A stretch of 64,000 bases of DNA, taken from Chrysomallon squamiferum (Eukaryota; Animalia; Mollusca). The notes under the pieces were generated by a model. That model ran no database searches. It worked only from the letters and a program-made list of their open reading frames with translations, and had not been told where the DNA came from. This document shows positions 25,301 through 39,300 of this stretch, one piece after another. The position numbers were made by a program, and so were the translations under genes. The DNA lies in contig CM022671.1 in the NCBI GenBank assembly GCA_012295275.1, forward strand, positions 28,458,001 through 28,522,000. The letters run 5' to 3'. The first letter of the stretch is position 1; each line of letters opens with the position of its first letter.

Positions 25301-26975
25301 ATGTGTATATAGTGAGTAACTTATTTATTGATAGTTATTGTATAGTTTTAATTTATTTACTGAAAAATATAGATTCACTTTATAATACATTTATTTATTT
25401 AAACAGATTTATATTTTAGAATATAGATAGATGTATTAAATATTTTTGTAAGTGTTTGCAAACATGTTTAATATGTACATACATAGTGGTTTATCAACAT
25501 AATATTTAGACAAATAATTTTTGAATAATACTAGTTTCCTTAAATTTTTTTCATAATTTTTTTTCTTTCTTTCTTTCTTTGTGCATATATGTGTGTGTAA
25601 AAAAAAAAAAAAAAAAATTGTTTTGAACAAGAGCAAGAAATTTTAATAGTGCACCTTTTTCTTAGTTCATTAGTTTTTTTTGGTTACTTAGTCCCCTAAA
25701 TTTATACACTGAAAACAAATGTTTGTATCTCATTTGGCTTATATATAGAATTTCAGGATAATACATTCCTTTTTATTTATTTATTTATGTAACAACTTTA
25801 TTGCTATTATTATTTTTTTTTAATTATATATATTAATGCAATGAATTTGTTTAATTAAATTTTTTTGAAGAAATTTAATTAATGGATTTTGTGTACAAAA
25901 GCAAATTTTGAAATCAGTGTGATATTTAAATTTTTTAAACACTATGATGTTATTTCAGTCAAATGTAAAAAAAAAATAAAGAAAAATAACTTGATTAATC
26001 ATATAATAATGAATTTTATAAAAGCAAGAACAAGTATATTGTTGACAAAGTTTAAGTGTTAACACAAAAAGAAAGAACTTATTACATTACATTTTAATAT
26101 TAGCAAAGTCTGATAATTAAATATTAAAAGGATATATGTGAAATACACACCTCATCCACAATGTATTATTAACATATATATTACATATTAGAAAGGTGCA
26201 TGAAAATATTTAAATGTTCAAAATGGCTGCCATTTTCCTTTCTTGATTCAGATGTTATGATGTAATAATCAGAAAGAAAAAAGAAATAATAACAAGAATA
26301 ACTTTATTATTATTAATAATAATAACAATAATATTAACAATAACAATAGTAATAATAATTCATAAAGTAATGTTGATTGCTTCTGAGGTCTGACGTAAAA
26401 AACACCCTATGTGTCTATATATATATATATATATAGTAATAAAAATCTGTGTTTTGGGTTGTTGTTAATGAAATAAGAGTAGGTGTTAATTTATTAAAAG
26501 TGTTATTGCTTGCAAGGTATCTGACAAAACAGCTGTGTGTCTGATAAACAAATGTGTAATAAAAACTAATTTCCTAACATTAACGACAAGCTAGAAATCT
26601 TCTTGTTATTGTCATTGTCACTGGTCAATATAAATGTGTGTGTAACTGTTAATCAGTTGAAGTAATTTGTGTTTGCGTACCACAAGAATCAAAGGTAGTG
26701 ATTTGTTTAGTCATTCATAATGCTACAAAATGCCTTAATAATTAATATATATGCACCATGATTGATATTGCATTTTGTCCAATAGATTTAGCTGTTTACT
26801 TGATTCAGATTGTAATGATCCAGTTAACTGATTTTGTATTTTACTTCTTGTCAAGATTAAGAAATCATAAATAATTAAAAACAGATTTATAAAAAGCACT
26901 GACAAACCAAATTAAGATGACCTTCTTAAAACTTTTTTAAATTGCATTGGAAATTGTAACACAAATCATGTAAAG

Positions 26976-27008
<33 letters not shown>

Positions 27009-28024
27009 TCTGGCAGAAAAAGACATTAGTTAGATGAATTAAGTTTATAATGCTACTTTTTTAGATATTAATTAATGATATAAATGTTATATTTAGAGAT
27101 GGAATTTTTTTTTTTTCAACTCTAAAGTCAGTAAAGGATTAAAAAAAAAACAATAATAAAAATAATATTTTCCACCACCACATCAATAATAATAAATTAA
27201 TTAATTAACAATACAAACAAGAGTACAGACAGGGATTAGTGAACGCTGTTATTCTGAAACTTGATTTATACAGACTTTACTGGGATTATGTGGATTTTGT
27301 AAAAACTGATAGAGCATTTCAGTGAAGGTCACTGTATAAATTCATGTATGTCTTAAGACTGCAGAAGATAGTTCTGGAAATATATACATTTGTAAATACT
27401 GTTCTAGGTACTTCCATCAAGGACAGAATTTTTTTTATTAAAAATGAGATAATGACATAACTTTGAAAATGATAGAGTTTCTTTATAAAGGGGAAAAAAA
27501 TTGTACCCATTAGGTAAAATAAATAAATAAATAAATAAATTCATGTTTGTGCCATTTCCAGATTTATAAAGAAATAGATTTTGGTTGAAATAAAATTAGT
27601 GGAACATGTTTCAGGCATTCCCTATCTGGCTCTGTCACAGAGTCTGCAGTTCAGTTCTCAGTACTGAACTGAAGCCCAAAATATCTTCTGACTTTTTTTT
27701 TGTCTTCAGAAAATCAATAAAATAATGTATTTTTTTTTTCAATAATGTTTTTTCTCTCTACACAATGCCTCTTGACTTTTTTATTGTCTGGCTGACGCAC
27801 ATCCGGTTTTCAACACTCGCTGATGTACATCAGCAATTTGCCACAAGGCATGAAGCCGCAGAGTAGCATGAAAACACAGATTTTAGTTAGTATCCATCAT
27901 TAACTCACTGAGGAAATTGAAAAAACAAATTGTGCATCAGCTTAGCAGTTTGATGGCATTGACATGACACACCGTTTTTGGATGCTCTTCAGATGATAGT
28001 CATGTTTGTTTTTTGTTTTTAATT

Positions 28025-28068
<44 letters not shown>

Positions 28069-29388
28069 GTTGAATAAATGGTTATATTTCCAGTACTATT
28101 TTTAATGTTGGTGTCTTCATTATTTTAACACATTATAATTAATAATTATATTGGTTATTTTTTTTTTATCAGTATTATAATCTTTTATTTTAGGTTGTGA
28201 AATAATTACATTGTTTATTTTATTGGTGCATTAATATTTTACATTGATTTCATTACATTTTTCATTTAATTCTGTTATTTATGTTACTGGTCCTTTTCAT
28301 TTTAATTCACAAAATATTCATTTATAAAAACTGTTTAATAGCATTACCACAGTGAAATGTAAGATATGTTACTGATTTAAAGGAAGATGTATTTTAAACT
28401 GGAGAAGTTCATTTCAGTGCTTACTTTTATGGAAAATTTTACATTTAAAGAAGAATAAAATGAATATAAATGTAATCAGTTGTAGGAGATAAGACCTGTA
28501 TCTCACTTAATTAAATTTTGTGAAACAGATGAAAACCCAGACGGAGCAGAAACTTACTTTATTATACACTAATAGTATTTTCAAAACAAAATTACATTTT
28601 AAACGCTGAAAGCTTATATTGTAAATGCTTATTAACACACTGAATTGGGTTAATACCAAACAATTCAGTTATTTGTTAAAATTTATAATTGAAGACCTTC
28701 GTGTGAGAAATAGTTTAATGAAATTTTTTTTTTAGAAAAACATGAGCTTAAGAGTGTTGTTTGTATTGACTGATTCTGTTAGTTTCCAAAACTAACGGTT
28801 GCCAGGCTTGCCTGTTAATATTCAGTTCACGTAGACAGCTCTAGACATGTTGGCAAAGCGTAGACTCTGAGTAAATGTTATTATTTCACTTTCACCACTC
28901 ATCCTCTCAGACGTGCATTGCTACCCAGAAAATCAGACAATAACCAGGCAAAAGTACACTGGACTGTCAAAAATGTGATATCATACAGTAGATATTTTAA
29001 TATAACTCAGTGTTTAGTCTTTATAGGTACAAGAGAGGTGAAAATCATGACCACTTCAGAGGTCACTAAATGTAAGTCAAGAGATGTAGTAAACAAAATT
29101 CTGTTTTTCTTATTTACAAATTTGCATACAAATGTTGATGTAACTGGAAGTATTTGATAAAGTAGGTGTTAGGATTGTTTTGTTTTTTTGTTAAAAATAT
29201 GGTCATTGTTATATCTGTTACCTGTATTTACATAGACTTTAATGGTGATAATCATATTTGAAAATGAATATATTCAGCCCTCAAACAAAAGCATTGCATT
29301 TGTACTGACAGCTTTTGTACACATAATTTAGAATGTTACTGTTATAAGCTTTTATTTGTAACAACTGTTGTCTGTTAAAAGTTCTGTG

Positions 29389-29394
29389 AATAAA
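29389..29394 (+). terminator. Candidate distal polyadenylation signal of the PLCXD gene
   Basis: AATAAA preceded by three TGTA (CFIm-type) motifs in 29300-29360 and followed by GT/T-rich sequence. Many other AATAAA hexamers exist in this AT-rich DNA. Confidence 0.3.
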
Positions 29395-29584
29395 AATATT
29401 GTTTTACCCAAATATGAACAAAAATTGTTTGTGTTTTCATTTACATCAAAAGTATTTATTGAAACTGGTTAATACTTATTCAGAAGAAAAAAAGCAAAAC
29501 AAAGAGAAATTAAAAAAAATATATTTTGTTACTTTATACTTGGTTTGGGTGTTGTTTTTATTACTGTTGTTGTGTATTCTATGT

Positions 29585-29720
29585 TTTTCAAAGACTACCT
29601 TTAGGAAAGTGCATATAAAAGATTGCTTGCTGCTAACTGAAAATGAAATTCCACATGCCATAGTTTCCCTCCATACTTGTCTTGGTGCCTCAAAATGTGT
29701 ACGGTCTCCATGGCAATACA
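29585..29720 (+). mobile_element. SINE fragment, best-preserved core (ggaaagtgcatataaaagattgcttgctgctaa)
   Basis: The core is shared with copies at ~30717, ~31627, ~47350 and (inverted) ~60380. Confidence 0.6.
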
Positions 29721-30704
29721 ATTCTGTAACTGCCCTTTTAGTTTACCTCTTTGCCCTTTTCAGTAGATCCCATTGATTGGGTGACCATATCAAACTAAAA
29801 ACACATTTCTTGGTGATTAGTTGCTTTTACTACAACTGACTGATGTAAATAGAGATCTGATTGTTATAGGTTATAATTTATTTATGAAGTCTGCAAACCA
29901 GGCCCTGCTGCTCTAATATCTCTGATTAAACCACAGCAGCGATTGCCAAGTCATCAAAAATATAAAAAAATCAAAATCTGAAGCCTGTATGTGTATATAT
30001 GCATAATGTCCTTAACCAGGTGTATGGTGATCAAGTAACTGGATTACAAATGTCTTAGAACACATCAACTGGTTCACTGACGTGTTAGACGTAGAATAAA
30101 AGAAGCCAGATTATGGTTATCAGCAGCAAAGCAGTTAAATAAAAATAAAGAGTCTACACTAGAAATGCTGAAATGGCACTAACTTGGTTCTGTCCAGTGA
30201 TTATTCATGTGTGTGCTGTGTGTAAGTGATCCTTTGTTAATGGCTAATGTATATTTGACTCTGCTGATGAGTTTTCTCTTCACTGATTTAATTGTTAACA
30301 CAGGAAGAGACTGGAACATGTCAAAGGAACAAAGACATGCAAAACACTAAAACAGACAGTAATAAAATTAATTCTGCCACCGAATGTTGATACTACATTT
30401 ATCCTGATTTAATTTGTTATTGTGAGAAGAGTTGAGAAAAATACATAAAGAAAAAAATGATTTAAGAATTACAACATTTCTAATGATTATGATAATAATA
30501 AAATTAGTTTTAAAACAGAAAATTAATCATTCCTTAAACATGCTTTAACCCAAAATTTTTCCTTAGACAGAACATTTATTATCTTTAAATATCTTTTTGA
30601 AAATTATTTTGTTTATTTAATCACACATTATGAATTTATTTGTTGTTTTTTTCATTTACATTCTTTTATTTTACATTTTTCTGTTTATATATTAAATTTT
30701 TCTT

Positions 30705-30790
30705 TCCAGCTTATGAGAGGGTGCATATAAAAAATTTGCTTACAGCACAGTAACAAAAGCCTCATACAAACAACAGCTGTTGTCTTTCTT
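30705..30790 (+). mobile_element. SINE fragment (gagggtgcatataaaaaatttgctt)
   Basis: Matches the shared core at 29604. Confidence 0.45.
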
Positions 30791-31579
30791 TTTATCATTA
30801 CATAAAGTATGTTTGATGACCAATAACTAGTAACAGTAGAATATTTGGTTAAATTTTCATATTTTTATTTTCACTTCATTCCTCATAGGGTTACATACTT
30901 TTCATTTCTCTCCTCTCCACCATTAATTCAACTTAATATTTTAATTTTTTTTAAATTTCATGCAGATCTCAGTATTTGACATGCTTTTACAATGACGTTT
31001 TTTTAATCACTTTTCATTACATCACTCGCTGATTCAGACCGAAATTATTTCAGCTACACTTAAAATATTTTGTTTCCTGGAACACCAGGTAATTATTTAC
31101 CACGGCATTACTTAATTTATGTTATTAACCATCATGCATTCGGTTGTAACGTCCCTCTTGAACAACTCATCAAAGCGTAATGAAAACGTATTAATAAAAT
31201 AGGATGTATTGAACCAAAACACACTTACTCTCCTGCATAATTGCTTTGACCAGTTCAGCTGGAAATTAATAAAGACATGAGTAATAGCACTGAATTGTCC
31301 ATCTTCAGATTAATAATAAGATATGATGAAAGAGAGTTTTAGTCACAGCATGGCACTTACAGAACCCATTCCACTCTGTGAGTTCTTTGTTTTGTGTTAC
31401 AAATATGACATCATTAGAATCTGTATTCTTACTTTCATGTAGCCAGGTTTTCTTTGATGATGGAAGAATTCAGTGATTTCTTTTGGACCTTTGGATACAT
31501 TTTGTATCTGGTTTTAAAATGAAGAAAGAGTGCCAGTGTGATTAAACACAGGGTCAGTTTATACTCAGGTTTTTTTTTA

Positions 31580-31655
31580 AATTTCCTTCACAATAGATTT
31601 ATCAAAGACTGTGCTACTCTTTCCTTGGAAAGGTACATAAAAAAATATCTTACTG
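31580..31655 (+). mobile_element. SINE fragment (atttatcaaagactgtgct...ggaaaggtacataaaaaaatatctt)
   Basis: Shares atttatcaaaga with the 22.2 kb copy and the core with 29604. Confidence 0.45.
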
Positions 31656-32168
31656 TTACCATCACTGCAACTGTTACTATTACTACTACTACTATACTAC
31701 TATTACTGATACTATTACTCCAACAACAACAATTACTACTACTACTACTCTTACTACTACCACTGCTACTACTACTACCTCTACTGCAACTACTACTGCT
31801 ACTAACTTTCTTTCAACTGACAATATCAGTATTTGTTAGTTGCAGTGTTACCCATGCTTAAAAAAGAAAACCTTGAAATTATAGTTAACCTTGAAAGTCT
31901 GTCATACTACAGACATCAACACAGCAAACACCATAATAAAACCTAGGTCTGAAAATATATTACCTACAAGATTTATATTGCTGTTGTCAGCGTTGCTAAG
32001 AATATCATCAATATGACACCATTGATGACGAATATTTCTGGTTTTTGCTAAACAGCTAATGTTTGTTAGATTAATTGCAGATTTTCATGTCAGAAGATAT
32101 CAAGAAAACTGATATGAAAGCAGCGAGGTTCCGTATTTCCAGATACGTTAATTAGCTTTTTCCTACAA

Positions 32169-32974
32169 CAAATTAAGTTATGATGTATACCGCTTGGATG
32201 AAGGTTTTATATACAGGCCTTATTTTCTTTATTTATTTTAATGATGATAATGATAATGATAATGATGATGATTATGATGATGATGATGATGATTATTATT
32301 ATTATTATTATTTAGTTATTGTTTATTTTCATTTTGTTTTGTTTTTCAATTTAGTTATTGTTTACTCAGTAATTATTTATTTAAACCTTCAGTTATTTTA
32401 TTCATTGTTTGAGTCAATGATTGATTGATTCGATTTGATTTAATTTTTATTGATTGTTTGATTAACTTTGAATTTCATATTTATTTCATTTTATTTTATT
32501 ATTACAGTCCTAAATTTTATATATATAAAAAAAAAAAAAAAAAAAAATCTTTTTGCTTTTTACATTTTCAATAACTTATTTATATATTTTATATGTTTCT
32601 TAGTTTTTTTTATTTTCTTCTTCTTCTTCCTCTTATATAAATAAATGAAATTTCTTCACAGACGTCCAATCACTGACGTTGCTGTTTCAGTCATTCTCCA
32701 CTGAAAACAAATATGTTTTAAATCGAACAAACAAACTCAAGAACCAAATAAAATAACGTGTACATTGGTTTTAGCTTAAATTAACGTATATTAATTGAAA
32801 AAAAAAAAAAAAATTGGAAATATTGTTGCATTAAAATCGCGTTAAATGACTTACGTTTAAATGGAGTTATTTAATTAATGAAAATACACAGCTTGATGAA
32901 ATGCTTCAACTGAATTTTGCAAACGTTATCCAAAAAAGTATAGTATTTTATTTTATTTTATATTATTTTATTAT

Positions 32975-33046
<72 letters not shown>

Positions 33047-33283
33047 AATGGCAATATATATAAATAAATAAAGTGTAAAGACAGTTCAGCGCTTTTTAAT
33101 TTTGTTTATGATGTATTAATCATACTTTTTTTAATTATGATTATTACTATTGTTGTTGTGGTTTTTTCTTCTTCTTCGTCTTATTCTTCTTTTCAAATTA
33201 AGTTACGATGTATACCGTTTGAATGAAGGTTTTAAATACAGGCGTTATTTTGTTTATTTATTTTACTGATAATGATAATAATG

Positions 33284-33300
<17 letters not shown>
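32169..33300. repeat. ~100 bp direct repeat with copies at ~32169 and ~33194, each followed by (GAT/ATT)n
   Basis: caaattaagttaYgatgtataccgYttgRatgaaggttttaWatacaggc occurs twice, 1025 bp apart. Confidence 0.85.
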
Positions 33301-33337
<37 letters not shown>

Positions 33338-33663
33338 ATGAATAGAAACATGGTCTCACACATTAGTTTTATTATTTAGATACACATTCCTATCAACTGT
33401 AAAGTACATACCACGATAAACTAGTAATTTTACTGAAACTGCTATTATTAATATTGTTGCAACTACTACTAAGAACAACACATCAATAACAACAAAAACA
33501 ACAACAACAATAATAATATAAAAAATAATAATAATAAAAAAATAATAAGAATAAGAATAACAATAATAATAATTATATAAATAATAACAGTAACAACAAC
33601 AACAACAACAACAATAATAATAATAATAATAACAATAACAATAACAATAACAATAACAATAAC

Positions 33664-33702
<39 letters not shown>

Positions 33703-33994
33703 GTCCTTGCCTACATAACAAAATGGTGCTCTCAGATCTGCAGCTCACAGGACTTCAAAGGTGAAGATTTGTAGAGAAGTGAGTTAATGAAGTAATTTTG
33801 TTGGAAATTTCATCATTTCCCAGAGATAAGCCCAAGGTTAACACGCGGAGCAGTGTTTATTTATAGTTTAGCAGCAAATAAGTCGCAACGAAACTATGTA
33901 GGCCTGCATGCAGTCATTTTTGTCTTTAGTACAATTCAAATTTATAATTATTTCGTAATAATATCCTCACAGAATTAAATTATCCATTGATGAG

Positions 33995-34044
<50 letters not shown>

Positions 34045-34907
34045 TAATGACAGAAAGGATCGAAAAACAATAATAAAGGATAGAGAGAATGGGGAAAAGA
34101 ATAAAGAAAGACAAAAAGCGACAGAAGAAAAAGAAAGATAAACAAAAAGAGAGGAAAGAAAGAAAAAAGAAGAACAAAAATAAGAAGTAAGAATAAGAGA
34201 ATAAAGAAGAAAATGAAAAAGGGAGAGAAAATAGATAAACTATTCATATGTGAATGAATGTATGTATGCATGTATGTAACAGACCTCTACGTAAATACAA
34301 CATTTTGCAAAACAGCAGGCTGAATGCAAGGAAAGCAGATTTGTCCAACACTTTATTAAGTCAGAAAAAAATCACTGGTCGTTTCAGTTAATGACTTTGT
34401 CTTGTTCTGTGCTTACTTACTGCATGTTTAACCATTCATTAGTATAGATTTTCTTCTACATCTGACATACAGTTTCGTATTGACTTTACAATAACTAGAT
34501 CTGTTTATTTTTTGTCACTAATTACAAATGATTATAAATACAATTAGCCCGATTTCCCTTTCCTTTTAACGATCTATTTTCATTTTAGATGATGATGATA
34601 ATGATGTTGTGCAAAAAGATAAAAATTCGACAAAAACATTTTTAACAACGACAACATCACCAATATTAAAAGAAAAGTAAAACGACAGTGACAACAACAT
34701 CGCAGTTGTATATCTACTAAATTGATAATAAATCAATAATTACGTTTCTAACGACACCAAAATAATTTAATATTAATTATTATTCATGTCAAACATCGTT
34801 TTTGATGATGAAAGAGGAAGCCCAGTATAGCTATTTTGTAAGCCGTTTCGACTGACAATATATATATATATTATGTTTGCAATAAACAAATAATTGTCCT
34901 TGCACGG

Positions 34908-34963
<56 letters not shown>
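32985..34963. repeat. Cluster of (GA)n tracts (~32985, ~33998, ~34910) and (AAT/AAC)n tracts
   Basis: Direct inspection. Confidence 0.9.
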
Positions 34964-34965
<2 letters not shown>

Positions 34966-36301
34966 GAAGAAAACTGATGAAGCATCTCAACAAATAGCCA
35001 AGTATTCGAACTACAGTTATTCAGTTAGCTATTAAGCTTTTCAGAAGCCACCACTACCACCACCTTCAACAACAACAACAACAACAACAACAACACATTA
35101 TCCTTTCTACAGTTAATATTACAGTTTTTACTGGATATTTGAACAATTGTCGATTTTTTAAGAATTCCAGACACGAAGTCGTCTTTCAGGCTAATGCCAA
35201 ACACATTATTATTAATATTTCGTCAATCCACATTAACTTCCAGTGCAAGAGAACTAGTTATTTATTAATACACATACGTCAGATGAAGCTCTATGCTGTC
35301 AGAAATCTGAAAAATCAGATCTCTTATTGACATGTTTTTCTTCTTCTCAACCCCTTTTTTTTTTTCTTTCTTTTTTTTTTTTTTTTTTTTAAACGAATAA
35401 GACAAAGAGAAAGCTTAACGAAACTACTTTAATCTTATACTCCATTACTCTGACGTCAGTTAATACGACATGATGACGAAACAACTTTAAACTAGAGGTT
35501 TAGAGCTGGACAGTGAAAATTAACAGGGAAAACAAACGGGAAAATGTATCTGGTAATACGTTACATTATGTAGACAAAGAACGCGCAAATACAGACAGAG
35601 AAATTCAAGAACGAACAGAAAGACATTCATAAACGTTCACATATCGACAGCAATGAAATAAACATACAAACATACATACAAAGAAAATATATAACCAAAT
35701 AAATACATTAACGTATACATACACAGAGAAATACACGCACGCAGACACACACACACACACACACACACACACATTTCAACTAAATTATATGGTATCTGTC
35801 AAATTAAATTTAGGATTTTATTTTAATTTTGTAAATTAAGTTTTTTCGTTTTTTACGTCAATGATATTTATTATTTTTGAATATTTTCTTTACTATGATT
35901 ACTATTATCATCATCAGCAGTAACATATTATTATTATTTTTAATTTCTTATTTTATTTAATACTTAGCCTTTGATTTATATCACCGATAATTCTCTTATT
36001 TAATTACACGTTGAATATCTGTAAATATTATATGTCATTCATTAACACTTTTTGCAAAGTGATTAATAACATTCCATTCTTAAAAACAGAAAGAAAGAGA
36101 ACATAATCTGCATCCGTTGGGTAACATTTGATGTTCTTTATTAAGCAGCGATAAGCAAATGTCTATGTAAATAAACGTGTGTCGATATGTCTATACATTT
36201 AACACAAATAATCTCCATGTGTCACTTATTTCTAAATATTATGTGGTAATAATGTATAAACTGTACTCAACCTATTCCTCTCTCTCTCTCTCGTGGGTGT
36301 G

Positions 36302-36360
<59 letters not shown>

Positions 36361-39300
36361 CGTGTGACTGTGTGTGGGTGTGTGCCTCCCATAAAGCAAA
36401 TAAATAAACTGAATATATATATATTACTGTGTATACGGCTGACATTTAAACAGCGACTGCTGGGAAGGGGTGTTGATTTCCGGAACGTGTCTCGAGGGGA
36501 CAGCTATCTCTGACAACGTCTAGGTCGTCACATTCTCTGTTCACCCTCTGGCAATGCATATCCGTCTGAAAAAAATTAAAAGGTTGCCACATTCTGATGA
36601 AAGATATTAAACAGGTGTGTGAAACTGATCACACATTCTACTAAATAAAATTAAAAAGATTTACGGTTACCCTCTGTCAACAAGAGTTAATTCTACAGAA
36701 AGCATATAAAAATATTCAAGTTTTTCATTTTCTTCTTTTTAACAACAACGACAACAACAACAGTATAATAATGATGATGATGGTGATGGTAACAGAGTAG
36801 CAGCAACAGTATTACTACTACTGATCATAATAATAATTGTAGCCGTATTATTAATTATATCTTTTGTTTCAGTTTGCTCAACATTCATACTGCCGACATA
36901 ATTATAACGTGTCACACAAGAGAAATTAAAAGAAATCAGCCCTTCGTTGCTTCGTTTCTTTGTATCTATGCTTTAATTAAGACTTCAAAATAAATGATAT
37001 TAAATGGGAAGGTCTAGAGCTGTGAATAAAAAAGGTAAGAGAATCACGTCATTGGATATAATTCTCAATATGAAATAAGAATACTTCGGTGCACTCTTTG
37101 GATTCGCTCATACAACAAGTTTGAATACAGACAGAACGATCAAGATAAACTGAACGTAGAGGATTGGTCGTGTTTTCAGTTACAGATTCAATAGAAGAAA
37201 AAAAGATGTGGGCAAACAAAGAAACTAGAATTCTCTTTAAACAGACACTAATGTGTTATGTCAGCGTTATTCAATACGCGTTTAGCATGTCGTTTATTAC
37301 GCGAAACCAATAGTTTGATTAAATGATTTTTTTTTTTTTTTTTTTTTTAATTTTTTTTTCTCCCTACTGTTGCTTATTTATAGCTTTCAAATAAATGACG
37401 ATGATCGAATTATCGAGTATCCTGGCAAAACTGTTTTGAACCTGGGTCTAACAGGCACTAAAATATCGTAGTTTTTTGTTCTTAATATTTTTTTAATCTG
37501 CTTCATTTTTGTTGTTCAAATATTAACGTTCAGAAAGGTAAACAGAAATGTTATTATGACCTGTTATTAATCAAATCGTATGACGCAGGCATCAACAACA
37601 CCAACGTCATGTTGCGAAGCATGTAGATGGTCGTTACCAAGGATTGATAACATTAAACACTGGCTGTTGTTTTCGATACTTTCTATTTATTTTCTCTTTC
37701 ATTCTTTTCCCCTAGGACACTTCTATCGGATAATTGCATTAAGGAAGCGAAATGAAAAAGAAAAAGAAAAAAAAAAAGGCCAAAGGGGATTCATAATTTG
37801 TTGTTTCATGGACTAATTGATGCGGTAGACGTGTTGACGTGTGCTCGTTTTCAGTTTCAGCTCAGTTGTTTTTCTCAAGTAATAGTCGCCTCGTGTAGTA
37901 AAAGGCACAGGATTTGAATCCAGCCAAAGAAATGTATCTTAAATCTTAATAATCTACACAGATGTTAATATTTATCTGTCCATCCAGGTTTTCTTTCAAA
38001 ATTAATAATCTTAGTGACAGCCATTAATGTCCTCTGGGACCGGATGTGTAATCTGTTGGTATTGCTTTAATATATGTATTCATTCGCGATTCCGTTCATA
38101 AGTGAATGAATGTATAACGACACTTCGCCTTACTCAAATGTTAACTTTTATTAGACGTCGAAACAAATTATTTGTGAATAATGATAAGGGGAGAGAAGAA
38201 ACTCACTGGCGTCAGTGTATTTGAGACAGGGTTTATTTTTGGTTCTCTATAAAGCGTAGGAATATGTGCAGAGAGGTACGAGTGGGTGTTCATGCACATG
38301 CTACAACTTATATCGTCAAATTTGTGTGAGTTTTTTATCTTCCAAATTCTGATTTATTCAGTTTATAGGTAAATAATAATAATAATAATAATAAAAAATG
38401 TAACAAAAATTAAAATATCTGTTGTATGCTAAATTTGTACGATCGTTTTCCTTCCCTCCCCACATTTATTTATATATTTATTTCAAATAAGAAAACAGGA
38501 TGTTCGACGGCTGACTTGTATTAACACAGTGTGTGTGTGCTGTGAAAAAAAAAAAAAAAAAAAAAAAAACCCACCCACATTTGTCGTATTTGTAACAGTT
38601 AAAAGCTCAGACGTTTGGTTTAATAGCGCCATCAGTACAAAATGGTTCCTGTTTATTAACTAAATCACTTTGGTTCGTCCATTACGCCCCATCTAGCACT
38701 TAGTGCTTATATAAGATCCAAAAAAAAAAAAAAAAAAAAGTTTAAATAATGAATTTAGGTCCACATGCGATTTGAGCTGATCTTGCCGTGCCTGTTAACT
38801 GAAACATTTCTCGATGTTCGTTGATCAATGTAATTTCTTTGCTTTGTATATACATGTACACACATGCAAACCCAAACAAAAACAAACACAAGCTACATGT
38901 TATATACTGTTTTCATGTATTAAAAGTGATGACTTAAAAAGTCTCTTTTTATACATTTCACATATTTATCAAAAATTAATGATAGTGATTGGAATACGAA
39001 TATATATATATAAATAAAGTACTAATATATTTATTATTTAAAATATTTCACTTTGTGCACATATTGTTATTATTATTACTGAATTGAAAAAAAATTGAAA
39101 AGTATATGTAACACTGATTGGATTCAGTGTAAATATTACAAAGGTTCTGAAAAATCTGACCTCACAGAAAAATATATTCTTAATGTTGTAAAACTATATG
39201 CTTTTTCAATGAGGATTTAACATTACCATATAGTGTATTAAAAAGTTTGCACCAAAGAAAATAAGAAATTATGAACAGTAAAGCTGCACCCTTTTTTTAA

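Noticed and set aside
21533-28180. Several CAGTATT (miR-8/200) seed matches downstream of PLCXD
   Set aside because: About three matches in ~10 kb of AT-rich DNA is near chance, and the UTR extent is unproven.
37855-37930. tRNA gene candidate with a B-box-like ggatttgaatcc
   Set aside because: No cloverleaf can be folded; at most a SINE head relic.
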